From the IMG/VR virus record IMGVR_UViG_3300047494_000061, positions 5,801-69,800 of that record: 64,000 nt of DNA; one strand, written 5' to 3'. Positions 48,242-57,392 of the stretch are shown here, piece after piece. Source of the stretch: a virus. The position numbers and the translations under genes are program-made. The notes under the pieces were generated by a model. The model was not told where the DNA came from and ran no database searches. It was given only the letters and a program-made list of their open reading frames with translations. How positions within the stretch are numbered: position 1 is the stretch's first letter; each line of letters starts with the position of its first letter.

Positions 48242-49618
48242 ATGGCCGACTTGGAACAATTCGAGCGCGGCCTTCCAGCCAACCTGGACGCCGAACGAGC
48301 GATCCTCGGCGGAGTCCTGCTGGAGAACGATCTCTGGCGGGACGTCATCGCCAAGTTGCGGTCTTCGGACTTCGCGCTGGATTCGCACCTGCGCATCGCC
48401 AAGGCGATCAAGCGGCTAATGGACGCGGGGAACGCCGTCGATCTAGTGACGCTCGTCGAGGAACTGGAGCGCCGGCACGAACTTCAGGCGATCGGAGGAG
48501 TCTCTTATCTCGTCGGACTAACCGAAGGATTGCCGCGCAGGATCAACTTGGACGACTACATCCGCATCGTGAAGGACAAGAGCGTCCTGCGGCAAGTTAT
48601 CGGGGTGTGCTCGGATGCTATTACGCGAGCCGCTGACCAGTCGGACGAGGCTATGGATGTCGCCGGAACCGTGGTCAAGGCGATCAGCCAAATATGCGAC
48701 GACAACGCCCCACAGGAGCGCGGCGCCGACATTGCCGATTCGATCTTGGAAAGCATGGACCAGTTCAATCGGCAGAGAAGCCAGAAGGCATCGCCGGGGC
48801 TCAGCTTTGGCATCGGCAAACTGGACGAGTTGACAGGCGGGATGATGCCGGGATTTCAAACTGCCGCAGGAGCAGTCTCAGGAGCAGGCAAGACCACCTT
48901 CCTCGCTCAAGCTGCTCTCGCAACGCTTCAGGCGGGTCATGCGGTGGAACTCTTCCTGTTCGAGCCCACAAAGCAGCAGATTACCTTCAGGCTGCTGTCG
49001 CTGATGGTCGGATGTCGGTATTCCTACGTCGTGAAGCCTTGGACATGCCCCGTGGACGTGGCTGAGAGCCTCGCCAACGCGGCGGGAGAGATGGCCGAGT
49101 GGGGTAGTAGGCTTCGGATGCACGACAGGGCCAGCATGACCCTTGACGACGTTCTAGTGATCGGCCGTCGCGGGATTGAGAAGAACAACTGCCGGCTGAT
49201 TGGAACGGACTACGTGCAGCGGATGAAGATCCGCCAAGCGGAGAAAGACGAGCCTGTGCGGCTGAGGGTCGGGCGCGCGTCGACGGCAATGGCAGACCTC
49301 GTGAAAGGGACGCAATGCCATTCTCTGCTGCTGAGCCAGATCAACACGGGGCGCAGGAGCGGCACGCAGGCAACTCCAACCATGTTCGACTTTCGGGAGT
49401 CGTCGCAGATTGAGAACGACGCCTGCACGATTGTCCTGCTGCACCGCGACTACGACGAGAAGGAAGGCCATTTCGGGAACACCGGGGCCATTTTTGTTCC
49501 AAAGCAGCGATTCGGAAGTCCTTGCAATATCAAAGCCTGGTTCGATCCCTACACGGCATCGTGGCTGGATCACGATCCTGCTGAGCCGCACAAGTCTTTC
49601 TACGAGGGGCGAGAATGA
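48242..49618 (+). CDS. dnaB: replicative DNA helicase, DnaB family
   Basis: PANLDAERAILGGVL N-domain, SGAGKTT Walker A, DYVQ, LLSQIN, DFRESSQIENDA, KQRFG. Confidence 0.9.
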   Translation: MADLEQFERGLPANLDAERAILGGVLLENDLWRDVIAKLRSSDFALDSHLRIAKAIKRLMDAGNAVDLVTLVEELERRHELQAIGGVSYLVGLTEGLPRRINLDDYIRIVKDKSVLRQVIGVCSDAITRAADQSDEAMDVAGTVVKAISQICDDNAPQERGADIADSILESMDQFNRQRSQKASPGLSFGIGKLDELTGGMMPGFQTAAGAVSGAGKTTFLAQAALATLQAGHAVELFLFEPTKQQITFRLLSLMVGCRYSYVVKPWTCPVDVAESLANAAGEMAEWGSRLRMHDRASMTLDDVLVIGRRGIEKNNCRLIGTDYVQRMKIRQAEKDEPVRLRVGRASTAMADLVKGTQCHSLLLSQINTGRRSGTQATPTMFDFRESSQIENDACTIVLLHRDYDEKEGHFGNTGAIFVPKQRFGSPCNIKAWFDPYTASWLDHDPAEPHKSFYEGRE

Positions 49619-50958
49619 ACTACTACAACGAAATCGACCCTGCCAAAGCCGCATGGCTTCGCGAACTTATCAAAGCGAACCTAGTAGCGCCCGGAGACGT
49701 GGATGAAAGGAGCATCAAGGATGTCGAGCCAGCAGACCTTTTGGGATATGCCCAGTGCCATTTCTTCGCCGGAATTGGCGTCTGGAGCTACGCGCTCCGA
49801 CTCGCCGGATGGCCCGACGACCGACCTGTCTGGACAGGTTCCTGCCCCTGCCCCAGTTTCAGCGCGGCGGGCAAAGGGCGAGGGTTTGATGATGCTCGTC
49901 ACCTCTGGCCGGAGTGGTATCGCCTCATCCGCAAGTGTCGCCCTGGAACAGTCTTTGGCGAGCAGGTTGCAGCGGCAATTGGACACGGCTGGCTCGACCT
50001 TGTTTGCGGAGACATGGAAGCGGAAGGCTACGCCATTGCGGCGGCGGTACTGGGAGCACACAGCGTCGGTGCGCCGCATATCCGGCAGCGGCTTTACTTC
50101 TGTGCCGACACCTTCGGCTCAAGAGTTCGGGACGCTCGACCCGAAAGCCATGCTGGAGCGGCGGGAACGGTGCAAGGAAACAGCCCAGAACGGGAACGGC
50201 TTCGGGTTGACTCTGAGCAATGCGGCGATATTAGCCACCGTCCCGACCCCGATGGCAGGCTCCCCGGCAACGGATACGTACAACGCGGCGGGCAACTCGG
50301 ATTACTCGCGGAGGATTGTGAATCTGGCGAGCGTTCGCAGCCCGACAATGCGCGACCATCATCCGTCGAAATTCGACCCCGACCGGGCGGACTGCCAGAT
50401 TCAGTTATCGCACCAAGCGCAGTTGAGCGCGGTTCCGACGCCCTGCACTCCGAATGGCGGCCGCTCAATCAGCACGGAAGCGATGGATGCGACTGGACGC
50501 ACGACGGACGGGCGCAAACACACAGCGAGCCTAGAACATACGGTGAAGTTCTCAGCGGTGGCAACACCCCGCAGCGAGGACTCCCAATGCGCGGGGTCGC
50601 ACCGGGGAACGCCGGACACGCTGCACTCTCAAGCGAACCTAGCCGCGGTGACAACCCCATCGGCCCGCGACTGGAAGGACACTTCGGGGATGTCCGAGAG
50701 TGGCGTGGACCCGGATGGCTCGACCCGCTCACGGCTCGATCAATTGCCGAGGCAGGCGCAACTCGCGGCTTCTGGGGCGACTGCGACTGGTGGTACGGCA
50801 GAGACGGCAAGTACCGGCCAATTGGATCCGGCTTATTCCCGCTGTCTTCAGGGTCTCCCGCCCGAGTTCTGCGACTGCGCGGTTATGGCGATGCAATCGT
50901 TGCGCAAGCGGCGCAAGCCTTTATCGAAGCGTACATCGAAGCGCGGCAAAGCGAGTGA
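49615..50958 (+). CDS. DNA cytosine-5 methyltransferase, catalytic (alpha) chain
   Basis: HFFAGIG (motif I), TGSCPCPSFS (IV), GEQV (VI), GAPHIRQRL (VIII), LRGYGDAI (X). Confidence 0.85.
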   Translation: MNYYNEIDPAKAAWLRELIKANLVAPGDVDERSIKDVEPADLLGYAQCHFFAGIGVWSYALRLAGWPDDRPVWTGSCPCPSFSAAGKGRGFDDARHLWPEWYRLIRKCRPGTVFGEQVAAAIGHGWLDLVCGDMEAEGYAIAAAVLGAHSVGAPHIRQRLYFCADTFGSRVRDARPESHAGAAGTVQGNSPERERLRVDSEQCGDISHRPDPDGRLPGNGYVQRGGQLGLLAEDCESGERSQPDNARPSSVEIRPRPGGLPDSVIAPSAVERGSDALHSEWRPLNQHGSDGCDWTHDGRAQTHSEPRTYGEVLSGGNTPQRGLPMRGVAPGNAGHAALSSEPSRGDNPIGPRLEGHFGDVREWRGPGWLDPLTARSIAEAGATRGFWGDCDWWYGRDGKYRPIGSGLFPLSSGSPARVLRLRGYGDAIVAQAAQAFIEAYIEARQSE

Positions 50959-50965
50959 AGAATAA
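49721..50965 (+). CDS. overlapping-frame C5-MTase beta chain with repeated TRD-like PTP units
   Basis: AAGGAG RBS; several xPTP/xxTP repeats and GQLDPAYSRCLQGLP (motif IX-like). Confidence 0.65.
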   Translation: MSSQQTFWDMPSAISSPELASGATRSDSPDGPTTDLSGQVPAPAPVSARRAKGEGLMMLVTSGRSGIASSASVALEQSLASRLQRQLDTAGSTLFAETWKRKATPLRRRYWEHTASVRRISGSGFTSVPTPSAQEFGTLDPKAMLERRERCKETAQNGNGFGLTLSNAAILATVPTPMAGSPATDTYNAAGNSDYSRRIVNLASVRSPTMRDHHPSKFDPDRADCQIQLSHQAQLSAVPTPCTPNGGRSISTEAMDATGRTTDGRKHTASLEHTVKFSAVATPRSEDSQCAGSHRGTPDTLHSQANLAAVTTPSARDWKDTSGMSESGVDPDGSTRSRLDQLPRQAQLAASGATATGGTAETASTGQLDPAYSRCLQGLPPEFCDCAVMAMQSLRKRRKPLSKRTSKRGKASEE

Positions 50966-50982
50966 ATAATTCTCACACGGCG

Positions 50983-51000
50983 CACTTTCAGTGCTAGAGT
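50983..51000 (+). promoter_or_regulatory. CACTTTCAGTG operator plus extended -10 TGCTAGAGT
   Basis: Fourth copy of the motif; intergenic, before the MTase/groESL operon. Confidence 0.55.
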
Positions 51001-51010
51001 GGAGTGGTAA

Positions 51011-51184
51011 ATGAATGATATCTCCGATAAGCGCAAGGTCGAGATTCTGATGGCGGCCTTTACCGGCTTCATCATGGTGACTACGGGATGCACGTTGGAG
51101 CAGGCGGCCGAAAGCGCGGCGAGAATGTGCGCGATCACGAAAAATTACTATTACCCGCAAGAAACGGTTTCAACTGTCCAATGA
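51011..51184 (+). CDS. small hypothetical protein (57 aa)
   Basis: GGAG RBS and ATG; stop overlaps the ATG of the HNH gene; below the ORF-track cutoff. Confidence 0.45.
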   Translation: MNDISDKRKVEILMAAFTGFIMVTTGCTLEQAAESAARMCAITKNYYYPQETVSTVQ

Positions 51185-51468
51185 TCCGCATCGGCAAGAC
51201 CGGCACAATCCGCAGGACCGGAAAGGACTGGGACGATCTTGTGCGAGAGAGGTTCGAGATGGACCGGAACACTTGCGACGATTGCAAGACCAGTTTTTAC
51301 GCGCCGTGGCCGGAGATTCGCAATTTTCTCGATCCTGCGCATGTGATTTCTCGCGGGGCCGGAGGACCGGACACGTTGGAGAATTTGAGAACCCGATGCA
51401 GATTTTGCCACACGCGGTCGCACAACTGCGGAGGAAAGCCTGTGCCAGCGAAGGAGCATGTAGCGTGA
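51181..51468 (+). CDS. small HNH endonuclease
   Basis: DRNTCDDC...AHVISRGAGGPDTLENLRTRCRFCH..SH. Confidence 0.75.
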   Translation: MIRIGKTGTIRRTGKDWDDLVRERFEMDRNTCDDCKTSFYAPWPEIRNFLDPAHVISRGAGGPDTLENLRTRCRFCHTRSHNCGGKPVPAKEHVA

Positions 51469-52673
51469 GCTATTCGATCCTTGAAGGCGACGTTATCGAC
51501 CGTCTGCGGGAGTTGCCAGACGATTCGGTGCAGTGCGTTGTGACCTCGCCTCCCTACTGGGGATTGCGGGACTACGGCGTCGAGGGACAGATCGGGCTGG
51601 AAAAGACGCCGCAAGAGTTCGTCGCCAAGATGGTTGCGGTGTTCCGCGAGGTTCGCCGGGTGCTGCGCAAGGATGGAACGTGCTGGGTCAACATGGGCGA
51701 CTCTTACGCGACAGGAACGACGTCGAAGCGCAATCCTACCGCGACCGGCAAGCATGGCTATTGGGAGAATCCTGCGGTCAACATGCGAATCAACGGCGCA
51801 GAGTACGGCCTAAAGCCCAAAGACCTCTGCGGGATGCCCTGGCGTCTCGCCTTCGCCCTTCAGAACGACGGCTGGTGGTTGCGGCAGGACATCATCTGGT
51901 CGAAACCCAACCCGATGCCCGAAAGCGTCACTGACCGATGCACAAAGGCGCATGAGTATATGTTCCTGCTGACTAAGAGCGCGAAGTGTTACTTTGATGC
52001 GGACGCGATCAAAGAGCCTGTCTCGGGTGGCGCCCACATGAGAGCACCAGGCAATAAGACACACAAGGGCGTAGAGGCCTACGAGGGTGGCGCACGAGAG
52101 CATCGTACCAAGGCAGGGCTGCTTGCGTACAGTGATCGCGTCGGACGTGAAGGAAAGAATTCACGGATGCACCAGGACAGAGACCCGAATCATTCTGCGG
52201 AGCGAAAGCAGCGCGCCTACAAGATGCCTGACGGTTGGGATACCGGCGCGGGATCACATGGAACTATTCATCGCGCGGGCCGAGAGAAGGGACGTCATGC
52301 AGGAGTAGGCCCGAAGGCATCGGCACCAGATAGCGGCACCAAGTACAACGAAAGCTTCAGCGCTGCCGTTGTTGATCTAGTTGACTTCCGCAACAAGAGG
52401 GATGTGTGGGAGATAGCCACACAGCCCTACCCTGAGGCCCACTTCGCCACCTTTCCCGAGGCGCTGGTCCAGCCATGCATCCTGGCAGGTAGCAAGCCAG
52501 GGGACACCGTATTAGACCCGTTCTCCGGCTCAGGAACCACCGGCGTCGTCGCGCTGCGTTATCACCGCAAATACATCGGCATTGAGCTTAACCCTGAATA
52601 CGCGGCCATGAGCCGCCGCCGCATCGAGCAGGATCAGCCGCTATTCAACACATCCGAAAGGACCACAGCATGA
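51465..52673 (+). CDS. DNA amino-methyltransferase (N4-C/N6-A, beta class)
   Basis: VTSPPY, IIWSKPNPMPESVTDR, HFATFP, DPFSGSGTT, GIELN. Confidence 0.9.
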   Translation: MSYSILEGDVIDRLRELPDDSVQCVVTSPPYWGLRDYGVEGQIGLEKTPQEFVAKMVAVFREVRRVLRKDGTCWVNMGDSYATGTTSKRNPTATGKHGYWENPAVNMRINGAEYGLKPKDLCGMPWRLAFALQNDGWWLRQDIIWSKPNPMPESVTDRCTKAHEYMFLLTKSAKCYFDADAIKEPVSGGAHMRAPGNKTHKGVEAYEGGAREHRTKAGLLAYSDRVGREGKNSRMHQDRDPNHSAERKQRAYKMPDGWDTGAGSHGTIHRAGREKGRHAGVGPKASAPDSGTKYNESFSAAVVDLVDFRNKRDVWEIATQPYPEAHFATFPEALVQPCILAGSKPGDTVLDPFSGSGTTGVVALRYHRKYIGIELNPEYAAMSRRRIEQDQPLFNTSERTTA

Positions 52674-53017
52674 ACTCACCAGCATTTCGACCTAACCGTT
52701 TTCGTTACCTCGTCCTTCCCGATACCGTGGAGGCCCAATCAGAGCAGATTGGGGACTACAGGATTGAACGAGAAAAAGACATCCACCAACAGCCATCCGA
52801 GGGTCTTGTCGTAGCCGTCGGACGCGACTGCGCCGAGTACCTGGTCGGGGCCAAAGTCCTGTTTGGAAAGTACAGCGGCTACGAGCAGGTCTTCGACGGG
52901 ACATCGTACAAGATTCTCCAGGAGTCGGAGATTCTGGGCGAGCGGATCGTGACGCCGTTCGATGCTCCGCCAACGATCAACGGGCAAAAGCCAACCTGCC
53001 AAGACTTTCCATTCTAG
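52670..53017 (+). CDS. groES: co-chaperonin GroES-like
   Basis: GLVVAVG...VGAKVLFGKYSG...DGTSYKILQESEILG; directly upstream of groEL. Confidence 0.8.
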   Translation: MNSPAFRPNRFRYLVLPDTVEAQSEQIGDYRIEREKDIHQQPSEGLVVAVGRDCAEYLVGAKVLFGKYSGYEQVFDGTSYKILQESEILGERIVTPFDAPPTINGQKPTCQDFPF

Positions 53018-53046
53018 GTAGAAGAAGAAGAGGAGCTTGAAGACTA

Positions 53047-54786
53047 ATGGCAGTTCAGATCAAGTATGGCAAAGAAGCACGAGAAGCGCTCCTCGAAGGA
53101 GCAAGAAAGCTCAACCAGGCAGTCTCGGTCACAATGGGTCCCGCCGGACGCACCGTTATTTTCCGTCACGGCAACATGCTCGTGCCAACCAAGGACGGCG
53201 TTACAGTGGCGAGAGAGATCAACCTTCCCGATCCCTTCGAGTCCATCGGCGCAGACCTCATCAAAGCGGCGGCGGGACAATGCGTCGACCAGGCTGGCGA
53301 CGGGACCACTGCCGCAACCCTCCTCGCCTACTCCATTTTCGAGGCAGGATGCCAAGCCATTGACTCCGGCGCCGAGCCCACGCAGCTTGTCCGAGGCATT
53401 GAGCGCGCCTGCAGGGCGATTGTCGGCGAATACGATCCCGAACAGAAGAAATTCAGCGGCGGGATTCTGGAGAAGTTTTCGGTTCCCACCACTCCCGAAC
53501 TGGCGTTTCAGGCCGCAAGGATATCGGCGAACGGCGACGAGAAGATCGCGAGAGTCGTGTCGGACGCGGTGCTGCAGTGCGGCGTGGAAGGAGCTCTAAC
53601 TATCGGCGACTCTTACTCCACGGAACACGTTCTTGAGCGTTTGGATGGGATGCAGGTCAGGTCTGGAATGGTTCACCCGTATTTCGTGACCGACCCGCAG
53701 CGCAACAGAGCCGTCTACGACGACGTGACGGTGCTGCTGGTCAACCGGCGCATTTCGACGGCGAACGAGGCCACGAACATTATGAAAGCCGCCATAGGGG
53801 CTGCGCAGGCCGATACCAGGGCCGTTTCGATTCTGATCCTGTGCGACGATATCGACCCCGAGGCGCTGATCCATATCGTCAACAACAAGGTGCGTCCCGA
53901 TTCTTCTGCGATTCCTATCGTGGTCGTGCGGACTCCCTTGTGGGCCGACGCAAGACGCGACTTGCTGGAAGACTTGTCGGTCATCACCGGCGGAAAGGTC
54001 ATCGACAGTCCCAGGGGGAAGGCTTACGAGGACCTGCGCCGCGCAGACTTCGGATACGCCAAGCGGGTGGTTGTGGACCACAGCAGGACTCTGATCACTA
54101 CCGATCCTTCCGACTTTGAGCGATCGGCAAAATTGGAGCCGCATATCGCGAGGATCAAGGCCGTGATTGCGGACGAGGCTTCGGACGCTCGTCAGGTGGA
54201 CGCGGCCAAGACTAGGCTGGCGGCTTTGACGGGAGGAGTCGCTGTCATCAAGGTCGGAGGAACTTCGGCCAACGACATTACCGAGATCAAGTTTCGGGTG
54301 GAGGACGCGATCCACGCAACTCGTGCGGCGGTCAGCGATGGAGTTGTGCCAGGAGGAGGGAGCGCGCTGCTGTTCGCGAGCCTTACGTATTCTATAGCGA
54401 AACCTGAACCGGGAGATTTCCCAAGAAAATACGTTTCCCTAGACGATGACTCAATGCCGGAACTTAGCGACGTCGACCGCGGGGTTTCGCTGCTACTTTC
54501 GATTCTCGTGGAACCACTTAAGCAGATCGCGGCTAACGCAGGATATAAAGGCGATGAAGTAGCCAATAAGGTCGCAGAAGACGTACTGGATCACGGCTAC
54601 ACCAACGGCTTTGACGCATCCTCTGGAACGTTCCCAAAGGACATGATCGCCGCGGGAATCGTAGATCCTTTACGGGTCGTGCGGGCCGCATTGAACGCGG
54701 CGACCAGCGCTGCCGCTACGACGTTGTTGAAGTGCGAGGCTGTGATCGCGCACGATCCGGTGAGCGACACCATCACAAGGCGGTAA
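53047..54786 (+). CDS. groEL: chaperonin GroEL
   Basis: VTMGPAGR, TKDGVTVA, AGDGTT, GGVAVIKVG, RVEDAIHATRAA, GVVPGGG, GIVDP. Confidence 0.92.
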   Translation: MAVQIKYGKEAREALLEGARKLNQAVSVTMGPAGRTVIFRHGNMLVPTKDGVTVAREINLPDPFESIGADLIKAAAGQCVDQAGDGTTAATLLAYSIFEAGCQAIDSGAEPTQLVRGIERACRAIVGEYDPEQKKFSGGILEKFSVPTTPELAFQAARISANGDEKIARVVSDAVLQCGVEGALTIGDSYSTEHVLERLDGMQVRSGMVHPYFVTDPQRNRAVYDDVTVLLVNRRISTANEATNIMKAAIGAAQADTRAVSILILCDDIDPEALIHIVNNKVRPDSSAIPIVVVRTPLWADARRDLLEDLSVITGGKVIDSPRGKAYEDLRRADFGYAKRVVVDHSRTLITTDPSDFERSAKLEPHIARIKAVIADEASDARQVDAAKTRLAALTGGVAVIKVGGTSANDITEIKFRVEDAIHATRAAVSDGVVPGGGSALLFASLTYSIAKPEPGDFPRKYVSLDDDSMPELSDVDRGVSLLLSILVEPLKQIAANAGYKGDEVANKVAEDVLDHGYTNGFDASSGTFPKDMIAAGIVDPLRVVRAALNAATSAAATTLLKCEAVIAHDPVSDTITRR

Positions 54787-54874
54787 GCAGTAAGGCGCAG
54801 TGTCAAGCGGGCGCTGGGCAAGTTTGTGGGGGAGCTGTGACCCTCTGGGCGCTGTACCACGAAAGCAGGAGAGT

Positions 54875-55504
54875 ATGACTGACAATAAAGATAGACCTAT
54901 TCTATTCAGCGCGCCAATGGTTCAGGCGCTTCTGGCGGGCGCGAAGACGCAGACGCGCAGGATCATCAAGCCGCAGCCTATTGATATCAAGATTGGCCAG
55001 AGCATCGTGCCATCGGCGTGTGGGAAATGCCTCTACGGTCAGCCGGGAGATAGGCTTTGGGTGCGGGAGGCCTTCGCGTTCTACGGGATGGAAGCGTCCA
55101 CGCTGCCTCCGGTGTTCTACCGTGCCGATGACGATACCAAGCCGGGGTGGGCAACACCACCAGATATACGCTGGCGTCCTTCGATCCACATGCCACGCTG
55201 GGCCAGCCGGATCACGTTAGAGATAACCGAGGTCCGCGTCCAGCGTTTGCAGGAGATCAGCGAAGAGGATGCCAAGGCTGAAGGGGTAGGTCAAGCATTC
55301 TTAACTAAAGGCCTTTACTGGCAGGGCGGAACGGCGTTGATTGACCAACGGAACCCAACTTTCAATCCAAGCGTGGCAATAGCTGGATCGAGAGCAGCTT
55401 TCGCGATGCTCTGGGAGTCCATCCACGGCCCCGGAGCATGGAAGGCGAATCCCTGGGTGTGGGCGCTGAGCTTTCGCGTACTGGATGCGGCGGAGCGGCT
55501 GTGA
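54875..55504 (+). CDS. ASCH/PUA-like phage protein
   Basis: RPILFSAPMVQALLAGAKTQTRR, GDRLWVRE, WRPSIHMPRWASRITLEI, NPWVW. Confidence 0.7.
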   Translation: MTDNKDRPILFSAPMVQALLAGAKTQTRRIIKPQPIDIKIGQSIVPSACGKCLYGQPGDRLWVREAFAFYGMEASTLPPVFYRADDDTKPGWATPPDIRWRPSIHMPRWASRITLEITEVRVQRLQEISEEDAKAEGVGQAFLTKGLYWQGGTALIDQRNPTFNPSVAIAGSRAAFAMLWESIHGPGAWKANPWVWALSFRVLDAAERL

Positions 55505-55562
55505 GCCACGCACTATGGAAGGCGTCACCGGGTTATCGAATACCGAGCCGTGGAGGGATGAG

Positions 55563-55769
55563 ATGGACACACTTGGAGATGCACTGCCGCGTGAGATCGC
55601 GCGAGTCAGAGACGAGGTACTTCCGCTGTACACGGCACTCGGTGTACAGGGCGCGTTCGGCGCGGCTATGATCCGGCTAGACCTGGACGATGCTTCCAAG
55701 GCGATGATCGAGGGTGACTTGCCCGCGATGCTGAGGGCTTATCACAAACTCAAGGAAACCGAGGGCTGA
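55563..55769 (+). CDS. hypothetical phage protein
   Basis: GGAGGG RBS; TLGDALPREIARVRD family pattern. Confidence 0.55.
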   Translation: MDTLGDALPREIARVRDEVLPLYTALGVQGAFGAAMIRLDLDDASKAMIEGDLPAMLRAYHKLKETEG

Positions 55770-55788
55770 GGTTGGGTAAGGGAGAGGT

Positions 55789-56589
55789 ATGAAGCACATC
55801 GTTTGTTTCAGCGGCGGCAAAGACTCGACAGCGCTCATACTTTGGGCGATAGAGAACCTGCCGGACTTTATGACGGTGTTTTGCGATACCGGATGGGAGC
55901 ACCCGATCACTTACGCATACGTGGAGGAAATTAACCAGACGTTGCTCTATGGATCGCTGATTACACTTGTCAGCGCTAAATACGACAGCTTCGTAGACCT
56001 CTGCGTGCTCAAAGGACGTGCGCCTTCGGCGAAGGCGCGATTCTGCACCGAAGCCCTTAAGGTTCGACCAATGATCGACTGGCTCAAAACGTTGGACGAT
56101 GAGGTTACGGTCTACCAAGGCATCCGCGCCGACGAGAGCGTCAGTCGCGCCAAGATGGAAGCGCGTCAGTGGAGCGACGATTACGATGCATGGATTGAGA
56201 GACCGCTGCTAACCTGGACTGCCGAACGGTGTTTCGCGACGATGGCCGCGCACGGAGTGAAGCCTAATCCGCTGTACTTAATGGGCGCAGGACGCGTGGG
56301 CTGTTTTCCATGCGTGATGGTCAACATGCGGGAGTTAAAGGCTTATCTCTCTGGGGAAGTAGGACCGGAACTAAAGCGGAGACTTTTCGATCTAGAGGCC
56401 CGCGTCGGATGTTCGTTCTTTGAACCCTCGTACATCCCAGAAAGATTTTGCACCGGCTTCGACGAGAAGAGCGGTAAGCCGTTTCCGTGGGCTGCTGACG
56501 TATTCCGCTATATCGAGAGCGTGGACGAAAATCAACTGCCGATGTTCCCGGCACGATCCTGCATGAGCGTTTATAACCTTTGCGAGTAG
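55789..56589 (+). CDS. PAPS reductase-family (PP-loop) protein
   Basis: FSGGKDS, DTGWEH, RFCTEALK, GIRADES..R, RVGCFPC. Confidence 0.85.
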   Translation: MKHIVCFSGGKDSTALILWAIENLPDFMTVFCDTGWEHPITYAYVEEINQTLLYGSLITLVSAKYDSFVDLCVLKGRAPSAKARFCTEALKVRPMIDWLKTLDDEVTVYQGIRADESVSRAKMEARQWSDDYDAWIERPLLTWTAERCFATMAAHGVKPNPLYLMGAGRVGCFPCVMVNMRELKAYLSGEVGPELKRRLFDLEARVGCSFFEPSYIPERFCTGFDEKSGKPFPWAADVFRYIESVDENQLPMFPARSCMSVYNLCE

Positions 56590-56601
56590 GTTGGAGGGCA
56601 A

Positions 56602-56889
56602 GTGACGAAAGCCGAGCGCAAGGCGTTGCGATTGAGCTACTGGAGGGCGTTCTGGCTCGGTTTGCTGATGCGCCCGGTTCCATCCGTTAGCGAGTTGTCG
56701 GAGAAGTTTTGGGACGATGTACGCAGGTTTGAGCGATTGGAGGGCAAAGTGAAGCATATAAAATGCGAACAATGTGGCGCTTATCCAATGATTTGTCTTA
56801 ACGGACAGATATGGCTTTGCTGGGAATGCTATTGCGAAGAAATGAAAATTTTGAGGTTTGAGCGCTTGGAGGAAAGGAAGCCGGAATGA
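56602..56889 (+). CDS. hypothetical protein, internally duplicated
   Basis: GTG with GGAGGG RBS; RFERLE occurs twice; CEQC...CWEC. Confidence 0.45.
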   Translation: MTKAERKALRLSYWRAFWLGLLMRPVPSVSELSEKFWDDVRRFERLEGKVKHIKCEQCGAYPMICLNGQIWLCWECYCEEMKILRFERLEERKPE

Positions 56890-57392
56890 GCACACAGTTC
56901 TCTTTGATTTTGATGTTGTTGTGGCTGGTGGGGTGCGGTAAGCCTGCGACGAACCAGCCAGCTACCGCGACGACCGAACCCAAAGCTCAATATACTGACC
57001 TGGGCCTGCAAATACGAAGGTCAGATGGAACCATCGCTTCAATGACTTGCGATGCCGAACCATCTGTCCAGAACCCTAAGAAATACACTAAATGCAAAGG
57101 TAACATGACCATCGATGAGGTCGTTACGGTTGTGATGGCTCAAGAGAATGAGAATCAAAAGACCTACACGAGACTTCGCAAAGAGAACGATGAACTACGC
57201 GAGGCGCTAAGACAACTGCTTATCGAAACTCAAATGCGCGAAACAAGTTATGAAAAGAGGCCACGCCCAAACGTGTGGACTCCGCATCCCATCCGCGCTA
57301 GCGTCCCGCCAAACTTTTCCTTCGCAGATCCACAATCGGCGCCGATTTCCCATTCTTGCGGGGCTTTCCATCCAACCCGATTTTCCCGGTAA
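56886..57392 (+). CDS. putative lipoprotein
   Basis: MSTQFSLILMLLWLVG|C lipobox; coiled coil; 3' end overlaps the convergent terL. Confidence 0.6.
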   Translation: MSTQFSLILMLLWLVGCGKPATNQPATATTEPKAQYTDLGLQIRRSDGTIASMTCDAEPSVQNPKKYTKCKGNMTIDEVVTVVMAQENENQKTYTRLRKENDELREALRQLLIETQMRETSYEKRPRPNVWTPHPIRASVPPNFSFADPQSAPISHSCGAFHPTRFSR

